Assembly: GCF_009914755.1 (NCBI RefSeq)
Contig: NC_060934.1
Length of the DNA: 64,000 nt
DNA from: the human T2T-CHM13v2.0 reference genome, Homo sapiens
Direction: 5' to 3' (one strand)
Below the pieces are notes generated by a model. It saw only the letters and a list, made by a program, of their open reading frames with translations. It had not been told where the DNA came from and made no database searches. Shown here in pieces: positions 50,092 through 63,919 of the stretch (the first letter of the stretch is position 1; each line of letters starts with the position of its first letter). The position numbers were made by a program, and so were the translations under genes.

Positions 50092-51754
50092 TAGGAAGAT
50101 CGGGGGAAGAGGCACCTGCTGATGCTCCCCTGCTCTGCCTGAGCCTGGTTCTGCATATGTTGGACAGAGGCTATACCTGGGACTGCAGAAATAAGATTGA
50201 GTCATAGTTCTCCTGGATCAGCATTGGGTGAGGGAGAGGGAATGTGACCCTGTGACCCTTCCAGAAAAAGGTACGGGTTCTGTCTCAGCATTTCTGTACA
50301 CCCACATCTTTAGTGTTAGAAGATCATATGTGAAAACTTTATCTTTCCTGTCTTCTTGATATAGAAGTGGGTATCTCTGAGAAGCCATCTTTCTCTCTAT
50401 TGATCTTATTATATGCCCTGTAGCATTTTCTAGTGTATTTCTGCAAAGTGAGTAGTATATGAACTATATACTATAAGGAATGTATAATACACATATTCTA
50501 TATGAATATATAATCCTAGAAAATATATATAAACAAGAAATATATATTATATATACATAAAATATATATAAATAAGAAACTTGTGCCTCCTGGACTGAGA
50601 TTATACTTGGTGCCCTATGAGTCTCTGGACACACTGAAATACACAGCACACACTCCCCATCCCTAAGAGACTTGTATTCAGTTGAGGACTGAAACCAGCT
50701 TGCATAGAGTCAAACAGCAGCACAAGAAGCAATGGCCCCTGACACCCCCATCAGGCAGTGGGTGACAGCTGCAGACACTGTGAGGTCTGGGGTTCACCCA
50801 GCTATGCTGTTCACACCAGGCTTCCCAGTGAGGTGGAGCTCAGGTCTGGCCTCCAGCATGGGGAGGTCTGGAAAGGCCGGAATAGGACATGCTGAGCAGG
50901 TGCTGTGAGCAGAGGTGGAGTCACCCGAATGGGGTGAATTTAGGAACAAAGAGAACACAGAGAAAGGTGCCCCCTCCATCTTTCTGAGTGTTTCAGAAAG
51001 GGCAGAGCTCCCAGTGGGGCCTGTGTTGGGCACATTTGAGTGCATTTCAGGCACATCGCTGAAGTGGCTACTTCTTCCTTCACCATGGGTGAGGTCTATC
51101 TGGGGACAGAAGAAGGCTTGGCTCCTGGTCTTGGTTCTGGATGAGTCCAGTTTTTTTTGTTGTTTTGTTTTTTTTTCCCCGGGATACTTGGTCAGTCCCC
51201 AGGAGGCCCACAGTCCTCCCTGAATGTGACCAGGGGAGAGGAGGACACAGGGTCAGGGACCTTCCAGAGCTGACCTTGTGGAGTTTCCCTCCACCCTTGA
51301 AGCTGGAAGGAGCATCTGGACCCTGTAAACCTCACATGAAGCAAGCATCTCTGTCTGTCATCTAAGTTGTTCCAGAATGTTTGTCTTGGAGCTTGAAGGA
51401 TCACCTGAAACTCACATGTTTGAAGAAAAAAAAAAACAAATCCTAGTTTTGGTTGGCTTTTCTGGTTTTTCTAAATGTACAGATATGGAGACACAGCAGG
51501 AGGACTTGTCCTCTAGCTCTGGTGCACAGCACACGGTAGCCTGGGACTTTGTGTGAGCAGGTCAGGTCTTTAATGTTCCAAGAGCATCTTGGAGTAGAAT
51601 AATACAATGTGACCAGCTGAACATGACTTCTGCTTAGCGTGCTGATGTCTTTGACTGGAAAAGGTCCAGGGAAACCCTGGACAAAAAGCAGAGTCAAAGA
51701 AAAATAACAAGCTACCTGTGTCCATTCTGTTGCTGAGTGACGTGCGGCTCCAGG

Positions 51755-53171
51755 TCAGACTTTTTACCTCTGTCAACCATGGTTTTCTCATGTGTGAACT
51801 GGAGATAGAAACATCAGACCTTTTACCTCTGTCAACCATGGTTTTCTCACGTGTGAACTGGAGATAGAAACATCAGACCTTTTACCTCTGTCAACCATGG
51901 TTTCCTCACGTGTGAACTGGAGATAGAAACATCAGACCTTTTACCTCTGTCAACCATGGTTTCCTCATGTGTGAACTGGAGATAGAAACATCAGACCTTT
52001 TACCTCTGTCAACCATGGTTTTCTCACGTGTGAACTGGAGATAGAAACATCAGACCTTTTACCTCTGTCAACCATGGTTTCCTCACGTGTGAACTGGAGA
52101 TAGAAACATCAGACCTTTTACCTCTGTCAACCATGGTTTCCTCATGTGTGAACTGGAGATAGAAACATCAGACCTTTTACCTCTGTCAACCATGGTTTTC
52201 TCGTGTGTGAACTGGAGATAGAAACATCAGACCTTTTACCTCTGTCAACCATGGTTTCCTCGTGTGTGAACCGGAGATAGAAACATCAGACCTTTTACCT
52301 CTGTCAACCATGGTTTTTCTCATGTATGAACCGGAGATAGAAACATCAGACCTTTTACCTCTGTCAACCATGGTTTCCTCACGTGTGAACTGGAGATAGA
52401 AACATCAGACCTTTTACCTCTGTCAACCATGGTTTTCTCATGTGTGAACTGGAGATAGAAACATCAGACCTTTTACCTCTGTCAACCATGGTTTTCTCAT
52501 GTGTGAACTGGAGATAGAAACATCAGACCTTTTACCTCTGTCAACCATGGTTTTCTCATGTGTGAACTGGAGATAGAAACATCAGACCTTTTACCTCTGT
52601 CAACCATGGTTTCCTCGTGTGTGAACGGGAGATAGAAACATCAGACCTTTTACCTCTGTCAACCATGGTTTCCTCGTGTGTGAACTGGAGATAGAAACAT
52701 CAGACCTTTTACCTCTGTCAACCATGGTTTTCTCGTGTGTGAACTGGAGATAGAAACATCAGACCTTTTACCTCTGTCAACCATGGTTTTCTCGTGTGTG
52801 AACTGGAGATAGAAACATCAGACCTTTTACCTCTGTCAACCATGGTTTCCTCGTGTGTGAACTGGAGATAGAAACATCAGACCTTTTACCTCTGTCAACC
52901 ATGGTTTTCTCGTGTGTGAACTGGAGATAGAAACATCAGACCTTTTACCTCTGTCAACCATGGTTTTCTCGTGTGTGAACTGGAGATAGAAACATCAGAC
53001 CTTTTACCTCTGTCAACCATGGTTTTCTCGTGTGTGAACTGGAGATAGAAACATCAGACCTTTTACCTCTGTCAACCATGGTTTTCTCGTGTGTGAACTG
53101 GAGATAGAAACATCAGACCTTTTACCTCTGTCAACCATGGTTTTCTCATGTGTGAACTGGAGATAGAAACA
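51755..53171. repeat. VNTR, 24 x 59 bp
   Basis: Unit tcagaccttttacctctgtcaaccatggtttYctcRYgtgtgaactggagatagaaaca; total 1417 bp. Confidence 0.98.
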
Positions 53172-53329
53172 GATGACAAAGGAATAATAATAGTGAAAAC
53201 CATTAAATGTTTATTCAACACAACATTCTCTAGGTACTACCTTAATAATGTCATACAGGTTGTCTAATTTCATCATGACATGAAGTCTTTTGGGGTAGTA
53301 TTACTATCCCTAGTTTACTTAGGATTTGA

Positions 53330-53659
<330 letters not shown>

Positions 53660-55049
53660 TAGGATTTGAGAAAGTTAGTTGAAAATAACTTCTCCAGAGG
53701 CACACACTGTCATGCCAGCTAGGACTGTGACGAGGGCCATCTGATGCAGAGGCTGGGCTCCTGCCAACACGTCCATCATGAGTGCGAGCCACAGAGTCAT
53801 GTCCCAGAGGGAGGCCCTGTGACTGCACTCAGGGCTCCTGCATTCAAGTCCATGACAGGTCCCTGAAATGGTGAAAATTTCATAAATTAAGATGGCTTAT
53901 TTCTCCTAACTCCAAAAAAAAATCGTATTCAATAGGTTTACTTCAACATTAGGTTGATTATTGGTCTCATTACAGAATTTAAAACAAGAAATATTCAGGT
54001 GAGCATTAGATTGGCTGATTTTTCTGGTTTGCCCGGAATAAGAGGTTTCAGGGACAGGAGAATTTCAGTCCTAAACAACAAACGTTATCAAAAACTAGGA
54101 CGTGAAGGTTGCCTTGGTCAGGGCTGACTTTTCTGTCTGTGGCTCCAGAGTGGGGATATTGTACTTTGAGTGGAATCAAAGAAACAAGAAGAAAGCAGTG
54201 AGTGAGCTGGTCTGTAAATGCTGAGAGCCAGTCCTTCTTTCCTCCCTGCCCCTGAGGGACCCAGCGTTGCTCCCAGGGATGGGGACAGCGATGCCACCTC
54301 CTCTCCCTGCTCAGCTCCATCTCTTTGCACTCAAGTCCCTTTTCACAGTGTGGTCATTATTGATTCTCCTGCCTTGACCTACAGCTAACTCCCAGCTTGG
54401 CATTTTGTTTTTTGTTTTGTGTCCTTTTATGGAAAATCAATTAGCCAAGAAGGATATGAGGTAAATGTGGGCAATCTAATTTCATGCTTTCATTCTTCTC
54501 ACAAGGAGGCTTTGCATTTTCAGGTTGGAATCCAAACAGCTCACCCCTAAAAATCATGTTCTGAGACATGTTCTTGGCCAAAGAAAAGTGGAATAAGTAA
54601 CTGACTATCTGCTTAAGCACTTCACAATCCCTAGATCACCCTCCCTACCAGGTGCTCACCACTATTTCCTCCCTGTTCCTCCTCCCCTCTCCCTCTGCAA
54701 CTCCAAGTCCTAGGGACCTTCCTCTGCCCTCCCTTCTGGGCAGCTTCCTGGGCAGAGAAAGTGGCCACCTCCTCCAGAGCCTGTTCCCAGGAGAGGAGAC
54801 TCCTGTAAACCCCTGAAGTCTGGAGAGCTGAGGAACGGCTCCATCCTCAGTGTCAGAGATGAGAGCATTGAAGGAAGAGCGAAGAACTGCAGCATGGAGG
54901 GTGCTGGTTGGAGGGAGGAGAGTTTTTCTCAGGATATAGGGGACTTCCAAAGTGTTTATCCACCTAGTGCTTAAAAGGCAGAAATTATGGGCTCAATTAT
55001 GGGCTAAGTGCTTTACAAATAAGAACACAATTGATCCTAGATCACCCAC

Positions 55050-56056
55050 TGTGATAGGTACAATTATCGTGACAATTTAAACTTATCTGAGACTAATCCT
55101 CCTTATCTGTGATAATGGAAAACAACAAGGTTAAGGAAAGTTCTCCACCATTTTTGTTCTGGAGAATGGCTTACTAGAAAGACCACCCTCACCTGTATGA
55201 CTTAGATAAGACTCATATGATCCCACATTTTCCTTAGGCAACCTGGACACCCCAAATTCTCACTCATTTTCTCTTCAATGATTAGCTGAACTATTTTCCT
55301 TCCTTATCAATTGAAATGAAATGCTTGCCAAATTGACCTAACCAAACTTTAGTTAAGCTGGTCTCCCACCACAGCTTCCCCACCTTTGATTCATCCCTCA
55401 AGATAAACAAGCACTGCAAAGCAGAATAATCCTCCCAAAGACCCTTCTGGAAATGAGCTGACCAGGAGACACAAATTCCTGGTCACCTGTCACACTACCT
55501 GCTCATCCCATCTCCCACCCTCAGTCCTTCTAGCTTCTGTCATCCTCCCTAGAAACCAAATTCCTTTCTCTCTGACCTCTGAGATCCTTGCCAATCCTCT
55601 GGTTGGAGCATTCTCAGTACTGCTATAAGCATTTTGAATAAAGTCTTTGTATTAGTCCATTTCTACACTGCTCATAAAGACATACATGAGACTGGGTAAT
55701 TTACAAAAAAAGAAGTTTAATGGACTTACAGTTCCACATGGCTGGGGAGCAGCCACAATCATGGCAGAAGGCAAGGAGGAGCAAGTCACATTGTACATGG
55801 ATGGTGGCAGGCAAAAAGAGAGCTTGTGCAGGGAAACTCCCATTTATAAGCCATCAGGTCTCATGAGACTCATTTGCTATCATGAGAACAGCATGGGAAA
55901 GACCCACCCTCATGATTCAATTACCTCCCACTAGGTCCCTCCTACAACACATGGGAGTTATGGGAGCTACAATTCAAGATGAGATTTGGGTGGAGACACA
56001 GCCAAACCATATCAATCTATTTAAAGCTACGTTGGGATTTGGTTTATTATTTGACA
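55050..56056 (+). mobile_element. Probable ERV1-type LTR interrupted by THE1
   Basis: TG...CA ends and aataaa near the 3' part. It interrupts homology with 32080-32110 and 47300-47320. Family not identified. Confidence 0.5.
55648..56014 (-). mobile_element. THE1 (MaLR) solo LTR
   Basis: tgtattagtccattt...gccaaaccatatca. Confidence 0.88.
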
Positions 56057-56979
56057 ATCTTCCTATCACACTTTGGGGACCTGGGCATCACTGAGCATGA
56101 TCGTGCAGCCTCTTCTGACCTGTCTTTAAAATAAGATGGATTCTTGTTTGTCTGAGGTCTCTCTTGAGGCAGGAGAACAGCCTATTTGCTATTTCTCTCC
56201 CCTGTACTGGGAAAAGACCTGTAGGGACACACAATTGAGAAGGTGCCGGCTTTCTGATCACCATTCTGCCAATGTGGTGATGCAGTATGCTATGATGATG
56301 GTGTTAAAGTTCTACTATCTCCCACTGGTCAAAAACACATTAGACTACATATGGAACTGGGTCCCTTAAAAACCTCTGCATGGAGTAAAACAAAAAGCCC
56401 ACCTTGTTTGTGTGATCATCACACTCCAGTTACCTATGTTGTTTTCAGCTGTCACATAACATTTTAAACAGACGTTGGTATCTCTATGAATATACCCAGC
56501 TAAGGTTTTTCTGTGAAATGTAGAGATTAAGGAATAGAAACCTCTTCAATCATAGTTCAAATGTGCATGACCATATGTATAGTCAACTCTCCATAAAACC
56601 AGTAGTTCTGTCTTGCTCGTGATAGTAGTTGGCCTACAAATGATGCTTAAGTTCCTGCTATGTATAAAATGAAACTTTCGATAATATTTATGGATGAGAA
56701 TCAGTTAAATGCTCTTTGCTTTGAGTGGAAAGTTGACTTCAAATGCTATCTTGGGTGTTTGAGGTGGGATCTAACCTTTTTACTCCTCACTTACAGGCTG
56801 GTGCCCTTCTCCAATTGCTGTTGGGTTAACTTGACATCTTTGAAGGCTCCTGGAACCATTTTCTACTGAAAAATATCTGTGGCCTTCTGGGAAGACATCC
56901 TCTCCTAACGAGATGAAAGTTCAGTGTTTTAGTGAACTGACTTAATGGCTATTACTATACCATAATCTAGCTGGGTTAG

Positions 56980-57398
56980 TGGGTTGGGCCATTCTTGCAT
57001 TCTTATAAAGAAATACCTGAGACTGGGTAATTTATAAGAAAAGAGGTTTAATTGGCTCATGGTTCTGCAGGCTATACAGGACGCATAGCAGCATCTGCTT
57101 CTGGGGAGGCCTCAGGAGGCTTCCAATCATGGCAGAAGGCAAAGAGGGAACAGGCACTTTACATGGCAAAGCAGGAGCAAGAGAGAGAGAGTTGGGGAGG
57201 AGGTGCCACACACTTAAACAACCACATCTTGTGAAAACTCACTCACTATTGTAAAGACAGCACCAAGGAGATCGTGATAAAGCATTCATGAGAAATCCAC
57301 CCCCATGATCCAATCACCTCCCAGCAGGCTCCACCTTCAACACTGGGGATTACATTTCATTGTGAGATTTAGAGGGAATACACATCCAAACTGTAGCA
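56980..57398 (-). mobile_element. MST (MaLR) solo LTR
   Basis: ataaagaaatacctgagactgggtaattt...catccaaactgtagca. Confidence 0.85.
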
Positions 57399-57444
57399 GT
57401 CAGGGACCCGACTGATTGGCTGGCCAATCTGATTCAGTACTTCC

Positions 57445-57844
<400 letters not shown>

Positions 57845-58220
57845 TAAACCAATATATTAATATATCTATTTATCTACCTCCATTTACCTGCTTCTTCCAG
57901 GTTGACTGAATGCTGAGAAGAATCACTTGCTATTACCTTAGTGAATGTCCTTTTTGTTACAAGTAACAGAAATACACTTTAGGTAGATTGAGCAAAAAAT
58001 GAGGAAATTTACTGAAGGATTCTAGAGTAAGTCTCAGAACTGAAGGGGCGGTGTAGACAGGGAAGCAATTTGGGAAGCTACCCTCACCTCTCTATTTTTG
58101 ATGCCATCTCACCTGACCCTTGTGTTTCATTCTCCTCCCCTCCAGCCTGGCGACATCCTCTTCTCTGTGCACATTGTAGAGGACAGCTGCCTTACAGCTC
58201 AGCTCCCAAGCGTGTCTGTT

Positions 58221-58903
58221 TGTGTTAGTCCATTCTCACGTTGCTATGAAGAAATACCTGAGACTGGGTAACTTACAAAGAAAAGAGGTTTAGTTGGCTC
58301 ACAGTTTCACAGGCTGTACAGGAAGCATGGCGCTGGGATCTGCTCAGCTTCCAGAGAGGGCTCAGGAAGCTTCCAATCATGGCAGAAGGCAAAGGGGGAG
58401 CAGACACTTCACAGGGCCAAAGCTGGAGCAAGAGAGAGGCAGGGGGTGGGGGGTGTCACACACTTTCAAATGACCAGATCTCAAGAGGACTCGCTCACTG
58501 TCACGAAAACAGCACCGAGGGTATGGTGCCAAACCATTCATGAGAAACCCTCCTCCATAATCCAATCACCGCCCCCCACCAGGCCCCACCTCCAACGCTG
58601 GGGAATAATCCAATCACCGCCCCCCTCCAGGCCCCACCTCCAACGCTGGGGAATAATCCAATCACTGCCCCCCACCAGGCCCCACCTCCAACGCTGGGGA
58701 ATAATCCAATCACCGCCCCCCACCAGGCCCCACCTCCAACGCTGGGGAATAATCCAATCACCGCCCCCCTCCAGGCCCCACCTCCAATGCTGGGGAATAA
58801 TCCAATCACCGCCCCCCGCCAGGCCCCACCTCCAATGCTGGGGAATCGGGGGGTGCAATTTGACGGGAGATTTTGTGAGGGGACGCAGATTCAAGCCATA
58901 TCA
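58221..58903 (-). mobile_element. MST (MaLR) solo LTR with internal minisatellite
   Basis: tgtgttagtcc...gccatatca; 5-bp TSD ctgtt. Confidence 0.9.
58557..58844. repeat. Minisatellite, 6 x 48 bp
   Basis: Unit ataatccaatcaccgccccccaccaggccccacctccaacgctgggga. Confidence 0.97.
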
Positions 58904-59759
58904 CTGTTCATAGTTCAAAACGACAGCAAAGATTCGCTTGCACCTCTGATTTCTGTCTGGAAATTTCCAGGGAGAGACTGATTTGTGTGAATTCGGTTGA
59001 GGATCCACCTCTGGTTGGATGGCTGATCACCAGCAGGGGAGACTCATAGAGCACAAATGTGGGGGTGCCCATTCAGGCAGCACTGGGCTCAGGTTTCAGA
59101 GGGAGGTTGGTAGGGCCCCAAGGAGCAGTCATTCCAGAAACTATTACAGTGTCACCTGTCATGTCTGCCTGGCCGACATTTTTTTTTCCATATTGCTCTT
59201 GAATTTGAGTTTTTATGTTATCTTTACTGAATACTTCAGGTATCCAGTAGGAAATGAGTGCTTAAAGAGAAGAAATTAAAAAGGGAAAGTTACGATAAAC
59301 TGAACATGACCAGTGGAAAAGTGAATCCAGCAGAGGAATGAGGAAACTGTCTTTGCCCATCAAATATTCTGCCTTTTGGGGACATATTGTTGACCTTGGC
59401 AATCATCTGTGGGTGAGGGAAGATCAGCAAAGACCATTTGTTCTGTCGTGCTGACGAAGACCAGATATATTAAGCATTCAGTGACCTCTGTCTCTGGAGA
59501 GGTGACATTTCGGCCAAAATGTGCAGCCAGCTATCTGCAGAAAGAGCATTCCTGCAAGCGCAGAGGATCTTTAGCAAGAGCAAACTAGGCTTGTTCTGGG
59601 TGCTCAAAGAGGTTCAGTGTTGCTCAAGTGAGTGAGGGTGGGGGAAGAGGAAGAGGTGAGAGCAGAGAAAGGACCAGGGGACAGACCAGGGGAGGTTTTG
59701 TAGGCCACTGTTAGAATCTTGGATCCTGTTTAAGTGCAAGAGGAAGCATGGAAGGGTTT

Positions 59760-60195
59760 TACATTCATTTCCTGCTGTAACAGAGCACCACCAGCTGGAT
59801 GGTTTAGAACAACAGAAACTTCTCTCACAGTTCCAGAGGCTAGAAGTCCAACAGCAAGCTGTCAACAGGGCCACACTTCCTCTGACGGAGCTAGAAAAGA
59901 ATGTGTCTCAGGCTGTTCTCCCACCTTCTGGTAGCCTCTGGTGTTCCTTGACTTGTAGATGGCCATCTCATCCCCATGTTTCTTCACATCCTTTTCCCCC
60001 GCAAGTGTCTGTGCCCAAATTCCCCCTTGTTATAAGCACACCAGTTATATTGGATTAGGTTCCATCCTCCCAACTTTGTTTTAATTTAACTACCTCTGTA
60101 GAAACCCTATTTCCAAATAAGGTCACATTCTGAGGTACTGGGATTAGAACTTCAACATATCTTTTGCAGGGAGGGAGACACAATTTAACACATAG
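59760..60195 (-). mobile_element. MLT1-type MaLR LTR
   Basis: ctgctgtaaca...tctcacagttccagaggctagaagtcc...ttccaaataaggtcacattctgaggtactggg. Confidence 0.75.
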
Positions 60196-61067
60196 CAGTT
60201 TTAAACAAGGAAGTAACATAATGTGTTTAAAAATATCACTCTGGCTGCTAGGTGGATTGTGAGTTATAAGAGGGTCCTTTTGAAGAGCCTCCTGCATTAG
60301 TCCAGGTGAAAGATGGTGGTAGTTTGGATGGAGAGAAATGGCTGTCTGGCTGTAGCCTTGGCTTGAGCTTGCGGTACAGGCAGGAAGTGAGGCAGCTTGA
60401 AGCCAAAGATAATAATAGAGATTCAGATATTATAAACTCTTAGCTAACATGAAGTAACTATGAAGTACTCACTAAGCCTCATGCTCAATTAGCTGTTCTT
60501 ATTCTTTCCCATGAATTATCTCATTTAATCCTCCAACTACCTATGATGTAGACACTATAATTGCCTCTACTCACAGATGGGGAACATGAAGCTGAGCACT
60601 GCCTAGAAACCTGGCTGAGATCCCACAGCTCACCTGATATTGAAGCAGCTATTCCCACCCATGTCTGCTGCTGCCACGTCCAGGCTCTTGGTGACGTCTC
60701 AGCACTCTATTTCAGAACACGCTGAAGGCTTGTTTGCTGAGACTGGAGATTTACGGCACAGAGGGAGATAACGTTGGTTAGGTGGGGCTCCTATTTTAAT
60801 TATTTATGAGTATTTGTCTCATTCTTCAACTATTTATAAGCTTGTTGATGGTAGAGTCCAGGCTCTCTCTCTCTATATATATATCCATATAGAGGTAGAC
60901 ATGGGTGTGTATATACCCATATATAAGTATATATATAGTCTGGACTCTACCCTTAACAAGGGTGTATATATATTCCCACACCCATATATAGATATATAGA
61001 TATTCAGCTATCTATCTATATCAATGCTAATATTGAGCTATTATCATGTTCTGGGCCTCGTTCTGAA

Positions 61068-61261
61068 TCAGGTTTTCTTAACCTCAGCGATATTGGCATT
61101 TTGGTCAGGTCGTTCTTTGTCGCAGGGCTGTCCTGTGCATTGCAGGATGTTTAGTAGCATCTCTACCCTCCGCTAGATGCCAGTTGTGACAACCAAAAAT
61201 ATCTCCAGACATTAACAAATACCTCCTGAGGGACAAAATTCCCCCTAGTTGAGAATTACTG
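61068..61261 (-). mobile_element. MER20-like DNA transposon
   Basis: gttgtgacaaccaaaaatatctccagacatt...gttgagaattactg. Confidence 0.75.
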
Positions 61262-63919
61262 TCTAATACCTCACATTTAACATATCCAGGAGCCCCATTA
61301 GGCAGCTACTCTTCTGATTCCATTTGTGGGAGAGGAACTCGAAGCTCAGAGATGTTGAGATAGATGTCCTAGATGATACAGCCAGGGTTCATATAACCCC
61401 TCCAACATCTGAGCTCATGGCAGATGTTGACAGGACACCTGCTGGATGGATTGCAGGTAGCTTTGACATTGAGGCAGAGATGTTTATGCATGGCTAAGCA
61501 TTATAGGAAACCATGAAAGGTTTTTGACCAGCGTAGTGATCTGAGAAAAGCAGAAGTTTACAGAAAACTCAAAGACTCCCTCCCATCTTCAAAGATAACT
61601 TCATATTTGGGATCTTTGGGCCTGGGGTCAGAAGGGATTAGAGGGTAACCTCATCCAGGAAGGGAAATGTTCCAAAGATCACCGATGCTTTTCTGCTTCC
61701 TCCTTTCCTCTTCTCTTATGAAATTTTCTTTCTACCAAATTACATAAGATCCTCTAGGCATCCTGCTTCTTGTCACTCCCCAGACATTTTGGTAATAAGA
61801 GCATAAGGATTAATTACAACCCCCTGTGAATGTTTAATGCAATTACTGTTCACTGGCTCCCAGTAATTTCCAAAACATAAATGGGCAGTGAACAGACAAA
61901 ATCTCCATTTGCCAACAAAGCTACAACTTGGCATTTAAATTAAATAAAAACCACCTACCATTTTTTTGACTTTTATTTGAAGGTCGGGGGTAGCATCACT
62001 GCATGATCAAACAGGAATCCAACGCATCCATTCAATTATTACTGGTTGACAAAATTGTATGAGACATAATGAATGCCAATTGATTCCACTATAGTCACAT
62101 TAAAACTGACATAGCATTAAAAAAAGAAACACTTACTAAAAATCCAGGAAAGAGACAAAAGAGGAAAAATAGGCACTCAACTTCTTCATGATCTCCTTTC
62201 CAATAAAATATCTTGTGTGTAGTATGTAGAGTGTTCCTCATAAATTCATCAGAAGAAATCATTCTTCTTCCTTTTTGATGCAGCTCTGGATTTGGGGAAC
62301 TCAAGAGGTTCTCCTTTGCTTAATCTATTTCTCCTTACAGTCCAAGGCATCTAATCCCCTTGTCTATGGGCAGCCCTTAGTGCTCCCTTTTATCTCTCAC
62401 ATTGTCAAGGTTTTGGTGACAGCATTACAGATAGACATGACCACTGTGCCCCACCCTGACTCACTCATACCCTTTTAATTTAGATGTTCCCATCCCCCAG
62501 AGCAGAAGGCACTTCATTCATATTAACTTTATTTTCTAACTACTTTGATTACTATTCTATCAACTCCAAAGTGGTCAAGTTTAAGTTTAAAGCCTTCTAG
62601 TCTCTTAACCCAGTGCAGTGCATTCTCAGTGTAAAGTGGTCATGTGCAGGGCAAACAGTAGCTCATTCCAATGCCACTGGGGCTGCTCTCCAAGAGCCAG
62701 GTGAGAAACCCATCCTGACCAGAGCAAGGTGGACTTGGGGCCAATTCTTCTACAAAGGGAACCATCTCTGAAAATGGTATAATATGGTAACAAATGGCGG
62801 TCTTGTTCTGTGTTCATGGTCAGCTGACTAGAGCAAATAGCTGGGTGACTGAGATAATGTATGGCTAACTCAATATTCAAGCTGCCTGCATTTCTAAGCA
62901 CCTATATTTTTCATTCACTTATTCATTCATTCATTCAGTCTGTAACCCCAAATCTAGCTTGAGCTCACTGGCTTCTTAGGCTCTGGAGGAGGCAGGCTCC
63001 ACTTCTCAATTTCCCTCTGGTTGAAGTTCAAAGCCTTCTTTGGGATTTCTGCAAACTGCCAGCAGGCTGTAGGACACCATTTCCACACATGCTGTCTCTC
63101 TTCTGAACTCTCTGCCTGATATGAAACTCAGCCCTGTCGTCAATTCACAAACGCCAGTCCCCGAAGCTCATTCATACAACGTACTCATGAATTTAATGGG
63201 CTTTTCTGATGGTGAGGGTCTCAGGGAGTAATCTCTGGAGCTCTGCATAGCAAACAACTTACAACAACATGTTAGGTACTTCTCGTCTCAAAAGCCCACA
63301 GCCTCCTTGATACGTGGGGTTTTACATGGCTGTTTATCCCCATGCAGTGGGGTACATCTCACTAGTGGCTGTCTCTTCTTCCTCCCTTCTTCCTTTTCTT
63401 TTTAAGAGAAAAACAAAATTCCTCTCATTTCCTCATGCAAAGAGGCTAACCATTCTTTCATTGTTAGGAGGCTTCTCAAGTATCCCCTTCCAGCCCCAAA
63501 TAAACTGTAAGGTATTTTTCCCCAAGAAAAACAATTTACCTTAAGATAATTTTGGGTGCCAGCTCTTAAGGAATATAAATGCTGCCTCATTATGATTTTA
63601 AAATCATTTATTGAAGTACATACAGTATGTTAGGTACTAGGGATACTAGAATGATTAAATTGGGCTTATGCACTGGCTACAGAAATGGCTTGTCATCCAG
63701 TGGGTTATACATGAGACAGATGGCATGTGGAAGGAGGAAGGCAGTCAGTGAGAGGGAAGAAGCAGAGTCAAGTTGCTATGGGATCCCTGAAGAGGGCAAT
63801 GGATTTGGTTTAGGGATGAATTATAGAACGAGTGCAGTGTCTCTTCAGGAAATGGAGGTAAATGTCTGGTCATATCCAAATTGTTAGCCAGATGTTTTAC
63901 CTCAGGATTCTCCAGCTTG

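Noticed and set aside
51755-53171. Regular array resembling CRISPR
   Set aside because: Units are head-to-tail with no unique spacers, in human DNA; it is a VNTR.
53860-56420. A third functional spermadhesin gene
   Set aside because: Only intron homology and a decayed exon-2 equivalent. No exon 1, 3 or 4 was found, and it is interrupted by LTRs.
58446-58913. 155-aa Pro-rich repeat ORF and its antisense ORFs
   Set aside because: Open only because the 48-bp unit is stop-free in those frames; lies within an LTR.
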